Below, piece after piece: positions 1-8,830 of a DNA stretch of 36,648 nt. The translations under genes and the position numbers were made by a program. The stretch comes from a virus (lineage: Duplodnaviria > Heunggongvirae > Uroviricota > Caudoviricetes), in IMG/VR virus record IMGVR_UViG_2675903330_000001; one strand, 5' to 3'. Position 1 is the first letter of the stretch, and each line of letters begins with the position of its first letter. The notes under the pieces are model-generated. The model saw only the letters and a program-made list of their open reading frames with translations, did no database searches and was not told the origin of the DNA.

Positions 1-126
1 GGATTGACTCGCTTCGCTCGCCCTGCGGGCAGCCCGCTCACTGCGTTCACGGTCTGTCCAACTGGCTGTCGCCAGTTGTCGAACCCCGGTCGGGGCTTCT
101 CATCCCCCCGGTGTGTGCAATATACG

Positions 127-155
127 AAAAAAAAGCCCGTACTTTCGTACGAGCT
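127..155 (-). terminator. rho-independent terminator downstream of tRNA-Ser
   Basis: On the minus strand a GC-rich hairpin (GCTCGTACGAAAGTACGGGC) is followed by a run of 8 T, directly 3' of the tRNA. Confidence 0.6.
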
Positions 156-167
156 CTTCTTTAAATA

Positions 168-255
168 TGGCGGTGAGGGGGGGATTCGAACCCCCGATAC
201 GTTGCCGTATACACACTTTCCAGGCGTGCTCCTTCAGCCACTCGGACACCTCACC
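168..255 (-). tRNA. serX: tRNA-Ser (anticodon GGA)
   Basis: Reverse complement reads GGTGAGGTGTCCGAGTGGCTGAAGGAGCACGCCTGGAAAGTGTGTATACGGCAACGTATCGGGGGTTCGAATCCCCCCCTCACCGCCA: 88 nt, long variable arm, T-loop GGTTCGAATCC, 3' CCA; adjacency to ghrA matches the E. coli serX locus. Confidence 0.9.
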
Positions 256-449
256 AAATTGTCGTTCCTGTCTTGCTGGAACGGGCGCTAATTTAGGGAA
301 ATCATGACCTGAGGTCAACAAACTTTTTGAAAAAATCGCGCGTTTATTCAAACTTCAATCAATGTGTGGTTTTAATAAGCGAAATCTGCTTTTTTTGCCA
401 CCGACCACGGATTTGTTATGCTGGTGGCCTTTGTAGATCATAATGATAA

Positions 450-1427
<978 letters not shown>

Positions 1428-1466
1428 TAAAGCATCAGGATTCCTGCTATCCTTGGCGGGAATTGA

Positions 1467-1907
<441 letters not shown>

Positions 1908-1970
1908 CACCCGATTTTCCAATAAAAAAGCCCCATCACAAGGACAGGGCTATAGAATCAATCACTTACA

Positions 1971-2276
1971 TCACTTAATGTCTTTCATTCTACGGATACG
2001 CGCGCTTGCTTCCGGTAGTTCATCCAGTGTTACGTGATAAGCAAGCATACAGACAGGAGTCGGATCAAATCCCTCATGAGTATTGATCAGATGGCTATTC
2101 CCGCCTTTAAACTCATCCTGTCCATCCCATATAGCGTACACGTCATCTTCTGCTACATAGATAATCAATCCAATAGGGGAGTTAGTAAGCTGGAAGATGC
2201 AGCCAGTAGAATCAATGCGATGTTCCCGAACGTCATCAACAGTTTCAAATTCAATCTTAATATCTTTAGTCTTCAT
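1971..2276 (-). CDS. hypothetical protein (101 aa), first prophage gene inside the junction
   Basis: Intact ORF; a weak hairpin plus T-run follows on the minus strand at about 1921-1956. No recognisable motif. Confidence 0.5.
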   Translation of the reverse strand: MKTKDIKIEFETVDDVREHRIDSTGCIFQLTNSPIGLIIYVAEDDVYAIWDGQDEFKGGNSHLINTHEGFDPTPVCMLAYHVTLDELPEASARIRRMKDIK

Positions 2277-2575
2277 GATTTGCCCTCGCGTGAAAAATAT
2301 TTTCGATTATTTATAAAAAAGACTTGACCAAATCAAAAGGTACTGTTCCACGGATGAAATAAAGGGAGTTTTCGGCACCCCGGTTTTTGATGTGCGTGTG
2401 AGATTTCAAAACAGGTGCAGTGCAGCCCACCAGCGCGGTCGCTACGCGACTATTAACACCCGCCAATCCCTTTCCATGCCTCGATCTTTCCCTTCGTTAT
2501 AAAGCGTTTTAGGCGCTCTCCTGAATGCGCAGATCAGATAAATAATTTTACGCAAATTTAATGGAGGATAACCGG

Positions 2576-3127
2576 ATGAAAGAAGAATTAACCCTTACAG
2601 AAATTTCCCGTTTATACGGCTATACAATTAACGCCGCTAAGAAATGGCAAGAACGAGGAATGCCATTTAATACCAATACCCGCCGCGTGCCAGCCAAAGA
2701 AGGAACAGAATGGGTCTTGAAAAATATCATCAACCCGCTTAAAGAAACTACTGTCAAGGAACAAATCGACGTAGAGAAATTACGCCGTGAGAGAGCATTA
2801 GCAGATGCAGCCGAACGAGAGAACCAGGAAGCGATGAATCTCCTGATTCCCGTCGGGTATGTGGAGCAGGAGCTAGCGGAATATTGCGGGAAAGTGAAGC
2901 AGACTATTTTGCAGATCGCCACAATCGATGCCCTAGAAATTCTCGAATCTGCCAATGACCAGAAAACATTGAAGAATAAGCTAAGAGAGATTATCGAGCG
3001 TCGTTTAAATGAAGTAGGGGACTTGTTCGAAAATGCAGATTTGGGAGAAGACGAGGAAGAAGAATTACCATTAATGGATGAACCGGAACAAGAACCAGAA
3101 GAAGACGATGAATTTGATGTGTCTTAA
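2576..3127 (+). CDS. Nu1-like winged-HTH DNA-binding protein, probable terminase small subunit
   Basis: GGAGG 8 nt upstream of the ATG at 2576. N-terminus LTLTEISRLYGYTINAAKKWQERGMP resembles the lambda Nu1 HTH (TIQNWQEQGMP); acidic C-terminal tail. A gpA-type large terminase (9781) normally pairs with a Nu1-type small subunit. Confidence 0.5.
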   Translation: MKEELTLTEISRLYGYTINAAKKWQERGMPFNTNTRRVPAKEGTEWVLKNIINPLKETTVKEQIDVEKLRRERALADAAERENQEAMNLLIPVGYVEQELAEYCGKVKQTILQIATIDALEILESANDQKTLKNKLREIIERRLNEVGDLFENADLGEDEEEELPLMDEPEQEPEEDDEFDVS

Positions 3128-3227
3128 AAATTAGATACTAAATATATACGTGAAGGATGTTGAGCTGGTCAACGTCTACGGGGGAGAACATCCCCCGCTA
3201 ACCTTTTTCTTATTTGAGGATTTACCT

Positions 3228-3329
3228 ATGGTTGAATTTTTGATTTATCTGGCTGTAGGATTAACTATCGTATATTCACTGGCACATATTGGCATTTCTA
3301 CTTTGTGTAACGCTTTCAAGTATCATTAA
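3228..3329 (+). CDS. small hydrophobic peptide (33 aa, one predicted TM helix)
   Basis: ATG with GAGGA 8 nt upstream; MVEFLIYLAVGLTIVYSLAHIGISTLCNAFKYH. Too short for the ORF track. Confidence 0.4.
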   Translation: MVEFLIYLAVGLTIVYSLAHIGISTLCNAFKYH

Positions 3330-3382
3330 TTAAATCGATGAATTGAACTATAGATGATGGTCGTTTTCAAAGAGGATTATCT

Positions 3383-3556
3383 ATGGATCTTTTTGTCTAC
3401 TTTGCTACTCTGCTGTTTTTGACTATCGTCGCTGGCATTAAATTGATTTTTATATCGCTGGTGGTGTTTTTCAAATTTCTAATCGGTACGCCTTACGGCT
3501 GGGTATGCTTCTTTTTGTTTATTCTTTTTAGTTGCTGTAAAAAGGATACTAAATAA
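3383..3556 (+). CDS. small hydrophobic membrane protein (57 aa, two predicted TM helices)
   Basis: ATG with AGAGGA upstream; MDLFVYFATLLFLTIVAGIKLIFISLVVFFKFLIGTPYGWVCFFLFILFSCCKKDTK. Too short for the ORF track. Confidence 0.45.
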   Translation: MDLFVYFATLLFLTIVAGIKLIFISLVVFFKFLIGTPYGWVCFFLFILFSCCKKDTK

Positions 3557-3715
3557 TAGTGTAATCTGCCTTTTCTCCTTATGGTTATTAACAGGGGATC
3601 TTCTTTGAGGATTCCCGATTAAAAGCCATAAAAACACACTTCCAGTACAGTGTTTTCATAGTCAGGATCTATACAACATAAAAACATAACAAGTATAGAT
3701 TGAGTATTAATCCTC

Positions 3716-3740
3716 CCGCCCTTCGGGGCGGTTATTTTTC
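3716..3740 (+). terminator. rho-independent terminator
   Basis: CCGCCC-TTCG-GGGCGG hairpin followed by TTATTTTTC. Confidence 0.6.
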
Positions 3741-3816
3741 TGGCTTTAAAGAATAATGTAGCATTATGTTCATTATAACCTCATCTTTGTTGTGCAAACC
3801 TAACCTAAACTTACTA

Positions 3817-3841
3817 GGGACTCTTCGGAGTCCTTTTTTTT
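3817..3841 (+). terminator. rho-independent terminator
   Basis: GGACTC-TTCG-GAGTCC hairpin followed by T8; the T-run overlaps the stop codon of the convergent minus-strand gene 3840-4082. Confidence 0.65.
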
Positions 3842-4082
3842 ATGCAACAATTCGAAGTGTAAGTTTCTTATGTTGTGTAGGTTTAGTTTCATTTCGCCAC
3901 TCAGGGAATACATGATCCATCATAACCGCATTAGTCTCATCAATCAGCTTTAAGGACTTTCTCAACGCCTTATTATCAGCTTTAAGTGTTTTAATCTCTG
4001 ATTCCATCGCTACCATTCTTTCTTTCATTTTGGTAATTTCTAACATCAGATTACCCAGAAATTCTTTGTTTTGATTCATCAT
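3840..4082 (-). CDS. hypothetical coiled-coil protein (80 aa)
   Basis: GAGGGG RBS upstream; heptad-rich sequence (MESEIKTLKADNKALRKSLKLIDE); last gene of a minus-strand operon. Confidence 0.5.
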   Translation of the reverse strand: MMNQNKEFLGNLMLEITKMKERMVAMESEIKTLKADNKALRKSLKLIDETNAVMMDHVFPEWRNETKPTQHKKLTLRIVA

Positions 4083-4097
4083 AGATTCACCCCTCTA

Positions 4098-5117
4098 TTA
4101 AGCTGCGTATGCGTAGGCGCTGTAGTTGGTGTCATAGATAGCGTCATGCAGTGCCATATGTGCTTCGCGGATCTCGTCTTCGTTTACTTCAATCTCTTCT
4201 TGTTCTTCTTCGGTATCTTCCCAAGTGGTTTTGAATTTAGCCATAAAGTTATTGCGCAGTGTTTCAAAGTTGGTAACTGGTGCGGATTCTGCTTCAACCG
4301 GAACCGGAACTACTACCGGATCAGCTTCTTTCTGTTCTACTTCTTCACCGTTACCCCAACGATAGTTAAGGAGTTCTTCCAGTTCTTCATCAATGGATTT
4401 TTCTTCAACTGCTTCAACTTCAACCGCTGCTACTTCGAAAGTGGTTTCCTGTGCTGACAGTTCAGCTTTCAGAGATGCGTTTTCTGCTTTAACTGCTGCC
4501 ATTTCTGCTTCCAGTTCAGCAATGCGTGCGTTCAGTGCTTCAACTTCGGAAGATTCAACCACTGCAACTTCTTCTTTAACTTCTTCAACTACTACCGGAG
4601 CAACTTCTTTCTGTGCTTCTTTTTTGCAGAAGAAGGAGGAAGTAACCTGTAATGCGTGGTTGTAGAAGGAACCGCCTTTAGTGGTGTTAACAGTACCAGA
4701 AACATCTTTTACAGTGGATTCGGTAGCAACAGTACGGAAGCGTTTAGCAACTTCCTGGGTCTCTACGCCGTATTCGTTACGCTTGCTCTTGTGATGCATT
4801 ACAGCACGGAAGCCGGAAGCAGTTTTAACAACAGCGAGATAGTAAGTTTCATCGGCTTTAGCAGCACGAGCGAAGCAATAAACGGATTCACCTTCTACCA
4901 GTGTAGGTTTAACGTGACGTTTGTCGAAACGGTTAGTGATCTGCCATTCAGCACCGTCTTTGATGCCAGCATTCTGACGCATTTCGGTCAGAGTCTTACC
5001 GGATACTACTTCAAAGGATTTGTCTTGTTTGCTTGCTTTACCTTCCATGACGGTAATGTTCAGTTTGCCGTTGGATTTAATAAACAGGTTGAAGGTGATG
5101 CGCTTAGAATTTTTCAT
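4098..5117 (-). CDS. hypothetical protein (339 aa) with N-terminal globular domain and acidic Ala/Glu-rich coiled-coil
   Basis: Longest uninterrupted frame in the region, AGGAG RBS 10 nt upstream. The plus-strand ORFs over the same DNA are fragmented Ser/Thr-rich antisense artefacts. Confidence 0.6.
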   Translation of the reverse strand: MKNSKRITFNLFIKSNGKLNITVMEGKASKQDKSFEVVSGKTLTEMRQNAGIKDGAEWQITNRFDKRHVKPTLVEGESVYCFARAAKADETYYLAVVKTASGFRAVMHHKSKRNEYGVETQEVAKRFRTVATESTVKDVSGTVNTTKGGSFYNHALQVTSSFFCKKEAQKEVAPVVVEEVKEEVAVVESSEVEALNARIAELEAEMAAVKAENASLKAELSAQETTFEVAAVEVEAVEEKSIDEELEELLNYRWGNGEEVEQKEADPVVVPVPVEAESAPVTNFETLRNNFMAKFKTTWEDTEEEQEEIEVNEDEIREAHMALHDAIYDTNYSAYAYAA

Positions 5118-5162
5118 TTATAAATACTCCTGAATGCTGTGTTAGTTTTAATTGTTCATTTC

Positions 5163-5199
5163 AAGCCTCCTTTGCTGCAACAAGGGAGGCTTTTTATTT
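5163..5199 (+). terminator. hairpin plus T-run (plus-strand terminator-like element)
   Basis: AGCCTCC ... GGAGGCT stem followed by TTTTATTTTT, lying between two minus-strand genes. Confidence 0.35.
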
Positions 5200-5233
5200 T
5201 TAAAGCCATCATATAATTCTCAGTGAAAGTGGA

Positions 5234-5413
5234 TTAACAAACTTGAACGTTAATCTTTATCTGAATTTCGTATTTCTTCATTAGCTTATAGAATCCGCTT
5301 CTATCAATTCCTTCCTTCTTAAAGAAATTCTCGCCGCCTCGTTCAGTATCGCCATAAAAGCGTTTAGCAATATCAACAATCATTTCACGAGTAAACTTAA
5401 CAGGTCTAGCCAT
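5234..5413 (-). CDS. small HTH DNA-binding protein (59 aa), candidate transcriptional regulator
   Basis: ATG at 5413 with GAGGA RBS (the track start at 5428 is a TTG). C-terminal GIDRSGFYKLMKKYEI looks like a helix-turn-helix. First gene of a minus-strand operon diverging from the large intergenic region. Confidence 0.45.
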   Translation of the reverse strand: MARPVKFTREMIVDIAKRFYGDTERGGENFFKKEGIDRSGFYKLMKKYEIQIKINVQVC

Positions 5414-5981
5414 AAGTAGATTCCTCAAATGTGGATTAATAAGGACAATAAAAAGAGCTTTTCGCCCTCGATACTTCTATTTATAAAAGTCATTTCAGAA
5501 AACCCTGCAAAACCACTGTATATCTGATCAGTGGGAGCACGAATTGCTAAAGAGAAGATTAATAATTAATCAATTCGTACATTATTCAATCGAAAAAGCA
5601 CTGTGTGTTTAACCAGTGCTGTGTGTGTTAACAGTGAATCAGGGGATTTTCAGAAGTGAACAATCATTTCATGCATGTATTTATACACGAAAAAATCTTG
5701 TTTATCATCAATATGTGGATTGTTTCGAAAATTTCAACCCCTACCAATGAGAAAAAGTATAAAATAATCCTTGACAGTTGTCAATGCACTTGACCTAAGC
5801 GAGAAATGACTATCAAAATTTTTGTGTGAAAATGGCGGATAACGATTATCAACCTTTATAACCTATTATAGCACGGCGACCTTTTGATAATTCTTTTTAA
5901 ATCATGCATTTACAGCGATTTTTGGTGATTTTCCGGTTAAATAATATACAAGAATTTTCTATCAAAATTTTTGATGAAAAA

Positions 5982-6122
5982 CCTACACTACAAACCTACG
6001 CTTTAAAGGTATTGGCCTACACTACACTAGTCAGTAAACCTACACTATAACACCCTCAAACCTACACTATGAAACCCTCAAACCTACACTATGAAACCTA
6101 CACACCTACACTAACCCTACAC
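5982..6122. repeat. iteron-like array: at least 9 copies of CCTACAC within about 21-bp tandem units (AAACCTACACTATGAAACCCTC)
   Basis: Direct count of CCTACAC/CCTACGC at 5982, 5995, 6016, 6039, 6061, 6083, 6097, 6105 and 6116. Confidence 0.8.
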
Positions 6123-6700
6123 TTCAATCTCATAAGTGTATGATCTTGAAAGACATTTCACCCCACAGACCATAGAATATAAAATTCGAACTAACGTTCT
6201 CCTTTTTGCTCGTTTTCTCTCACTACGTTCAAGAAAGATCTCGCAAAAAGAATACGGCGTAGCCGTGCGCGAAGCGCCCATCAACACCTTCTAAGACCTG
6301 CAAGCAGGATTCGAAAGGGATTGGATAGTTCGCTTCGCTCACGTTCACGCCTACGGCGTTCACTCGCTTTTGAAAGGATTTTCTTAGAAAGGGATTTAAT
6401 ACTAGTTACTAACTGATTCTAGTAAACGAACGAAGTGAGTAACAATCACTTTCTAGAAAGGTATTGGTATCCCTTCGGGATTGCAACCTTCGGTTGCTAA
6501 ATTGCTTCCTGATTATAATTTCTCCAAAAGAAAGATTCTTATATTCTAAAGATACTTCTTCGTTTTGATGATGATTTAATCAAATATATGAAGGAGGGCT
6601 TTAGCCCGACTGAATCCAATCACTTCCAAATAGATAAAAAATTCTCGTTATAAATAATAGTGAACTTACTTGATTCACTTTCTTTTAGAGGATTTCCACT

Positions 6701-7150
6701 ATGATCAATACTAAAACTCCTTTCGTACTTCTGGGTCTGGACTCTGAAAACTATGGCAACTTCCATATGCTAGAAGTTTTCGCTAATCGTGGTTATAACA
6801 TCATTCGTCATTCCGAAGACTCCAACTACTCAACTGCTTTCTACGCTTTAAAACGAAATGGTCGTCCTACTGTGATCATCGACTGTTTTACTGATGAGGG
6901 TCGTCTTCAATACAACGATATTCCAGCAATTATTGTTCGTGATGATCTGCCGTTTCAAGTCCGTTCCGGTGACATTGACCTGGGTAGCTTCTTGACTCTT
7001 CGTGAACTGGATGAAGCAATGTTTAATTACGGTAAAGAAACCGCTCAGGAAGCCCCAGAACAAGATGAGGAAGACGAAGACTACGCACCAATCGCTTTCT
7101 CTTCTCACGGTGGCTTCTACGGTTACGATGAAGGCTTAGATATGCTGTAA
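6701..7150 (+). CDS. hypothetical protein (149 aa) with acidic C-terminal tail
   Basis: AGAGGA RBS; codon usage strongly biased to E. coli optimal codons; C-terminus EAPEQDEEDEDYAPIAF ... FYGYDEGLDML. Confidence 0.55.
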   Translation: MINTKTPFVLLGLDSENYGNFHMLEVFANRGYNIIRHSEDSNYSTAFYALKRNGRPTVIIDCFTDEGRLQYNDIPAIIVRDDLPFQVRSGDIDLGSFLTLRELDEAMFNYGKETAQEAPEQDEEDEDYAPIAFSSHGGFYGYDEGLDML

Positions 7151-7185
7151 GTTAGGTCAACCCTTTGGCGTCTTGTCAAGGGGTA

Positions 7186-7214
7186 TTGACAAAAATTTCT
7201 GACTTTTTTATGAT
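7186..7214 (+). promoter_or_regulatory. sigma70-type promoter (TTGACA, 17 bp, TATGAT)
   Basis: Near-consensus -35 and -10 with 17-bp spacer, 57 bp upstream of the 7271 ATG; followed by a second TTGACA and a TTGACCTAG motif that also occurs at 5787-5800. Confidence 0.5.
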
Positions 7215-7270
7215 TATCGCACTTGACAACTTTGAACCTATTTGACCTAGATTTGTAAAGAGGATGTAAC

Positions 7271-7603
7271 ATGAAAGAATTTACCATCACTAAATCCCTG
7301 TATGACTGGACTGTTAAAATCTCCGGCAAAACCGTTTCTGTAACCCCTAGCCATGTAGAAAATGATTGGGGTGTATCCCGTGAAACTATCTCCCGTAGTA
7401 TGCATGTTCCGTTTGATCTGATGACCTTAACTGGTATTCATGCAATGCTGGAAGTTCGCGAGCAATTCGAAGCTGGTAATCACAATGCGACTCCAGTTAA
7501 CAATCACCTTCTTACTAATGAAGAACGTGAAATCATCGAAAATTGGCGTTATGAATATGCGATTCCTTATTATGAAGAAGACCAAGTAGAAATCGATTGG
7601 TAA
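7271..7603 (+). CDS. hypothetical protein (110 aa)
   Basis: AGAGGA RBS, intact ORF, optimal codon usage. Confidence 0.5.
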   Translation: MKEFTITKSLYDWTVKISGKTVSVTPSHVENDWGVSRETISRSMHVPFDLMTLTGIHAMLEVREQFEAGNHNATPVNNHLLTNEEREIIENWRYEYAIPYYEEDQVEIDW

Positions 7604-7692
7604 TAAATTTCTATCATAAATAAAAATGTTCCGGTGGTGATGCCGGAACTAGGAGGATCAATATCACTAAACCGTTTAAGGGGAATTTTACT

Positions 7693-8526
7693 ATGAATAC
7701 TGTTACTACTATGAATACTGCTGTTAAAACTGCTTCCGTGTCTCTGGTTGTTGATAACGAAGTTGCAAAAATGACTCTTCGTGAAATTGCCGACCTTATT
7801 GGAGTTCGTTTTTCAAACCTTGAAACTTCTATGAACCGACTGGTTGAACGCCAAGTTATCCGAAAACCTGCAACGCAGAATTTCGAGAAAATCAATAACT
7901 TAGGGTTTGCTGTTACTGTTAAAGATTATGTGTTTGAGGGTGAGCAAGGTCGCTTAGATTCGATTGTCTTGATTGCTCAAAACGTACCGGAATTTACTCG
8001 CCAACTGGTTGACCGTTGGAATTATCTGGAAGAGAAACTGAAAACCGCCAATAATACTCCTGTTAACCCGTATGCGGACTTTGAAGAAACCGACTGGATC
8101 GAACTGGCATTAGATGAAAAACGCAAAAATAAAAAACTGATTGAGCTACACATTCGCAAATCCGTAGATAGCCATTCTATGACACGTCTGTTAGGCGCTA
8201 AAAAGGGCGCTACGAAGGTTAAACAAGCACTGACGGCCTTACGTACTGCTGGCTACATTGAGCGCGTCTATGATGAAAATAACAAGCCGTGTGGGTATGT
8301 TGCTAATGACTCTTCTCTGTCTTTCTGCCGCATGAATGCTCATTACCAGCTTGAGTTTACTGTTGATGTTCTTCCGGTGCTGGTTGAATTGGGCGTTTTG
8401 GAAGAAGAACAGAAAGCAACTCTTAAACTGCCGCAGCCAAATAACACTATTCTGATTCAAAACAAAGCTGCTAAACAGATTCGTGAATCAGGTAACGTAA
8501 TTTCCCTTGTTGATTTTGGGATCTGA
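7693..8526 (+). CDS. phage regulatory protein, Rha-like (putative antirepressor)
   Basis: AAGGGGA RBS; N-terminal MTLREIADLIGVRFSNLETSMNRLVERQ resembles the Rha-family N-terminal DNA-binding region. Confidence 0.45.
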   Translation: MNTVTTMNTAVKTASVSLVVDNEVAKMTLREIADLIGVRFSNLETSMNRLVERQVIRKPATQNFEKINNLGFAVTVKDYVFEGEQGRLDSIVLIAQNVPEFTRQLVDRWNYLEEKLKTANNTPVNPYADFEETDWIELALDEKRKNKKLIELHIRKSVDSHSMTRLLGAKKGATKVKQALTALRTAGYIERVYDENNKPCGYVANDSSLSFCRMNAHYQLEFTVDVLPVLVELGVLEEEQKATLKLPQPNNTILIQNKAAKQIRESGNVISLVDFGI

Positions 8527-8532
8527 TTAATC

Positions 8533-8562
8533 GCCCGGCGCATAATTGCGCTGGGCTTTTTT
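8533..8562 (+). terminator. rho-independent terminator
   Basis: GCCCGGCGC-ATAATT-GCGCTGGGC stem followed by T6, immediately after the 8526 stop. Confidence 0.7.
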
Positions 8563-8573
8563 GTATCTGATGC

Positions 8574-8790
8574 ATCCAGATTTGGATTTATCGGAAGAAT
8601 CAATAGGTTAGAGATGAGCGCAGTTTTGCGCCGATTGATTCAAGTTTGAATTTCTCGAAAGAATCAACCACTTAGATAGATACGCTGAACTTTAAGCACA
8701 TCTCCTCAGTTTTGAGGGCATCTATAGATCAGTCCAAATCTGGACTCATCGGAAGAATCAATGACTTAGAGATGTGCTCAGTTTTGAGCG
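8574..8790. repeat. three tandem 50-70 bp direct repeats (core TCGGAAGAATCAAT ... TTAGAGATG ... CAGTTTTG), outer copies prefixed by inverted CCAGATTTGG / CCAAATCTGG
   Basis: Copies at about 8574-8640, 8648-8720 (degenerate) and 8725-8790, lying between convergent terminators. Confidence 0.7.
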
Positions 8791-8794
8791 GATA

Positions 8795-8824
8795 TAAAAA
8801 AGGCCAACCCCGAAGGATTGGCCT
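8795..8824 (-). terminator. rho-independent terminator for the minus-strand operon
   Basis: AGGCCAA ... TTGGCCT hairpin preceded on the plus strand by A6, giving a T-run on the minus strand after the 8831 stop. Confidence 0.6.
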
Positions 8825-8830
8825 AGAGAA

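Noticed and set aside
4-351. ORFs 4-291, 100-351 and 113-307 over the serX region
   Set aside because: They overlap the tRNA-Ser gene and its terminator; translations are nonsense, and the DNA is explained by the tRNA.
2034-2327. Plus-strand ORF 2034-2327 overlapping the minus-strand gene 1971-2276
   Set aside because: No RBS; it overlaps a same-length ORF on the opposite strand that has a downstream hairpin plus T-run; only one is likely real and the minus-strand one was kept with low confidence.
4071-5123. Plus-strand ORFs 4071-4457, 4393-4665 and 4656-5123 overlapping the 339-aa minus-strand gene
   Set aside because: Fragmented into three pieces, Ser/Thr/Phe-rich low-complexity translations typical of the antisense of an Ala/Glu-rich gene, with no RBS; the single uninterrupted minus-strand frame with a good RBS is preferred.
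6001-6122. The CCTACAC array as protein-coding or as a degenerate tRNA or tmRNA
   Set aside because: No open frame and no tRNA-like cloverleaf or T-loop motif; simple tandem periodicity fits protein-binding iterons better.
8566-8795. CRISPR array as an explanation for the tandem repeats
   Set aside because: Only 2-3 units, units are 50-70 bp and imperfect, no regular repeat-spacer periodicity and no cas genes in the window.
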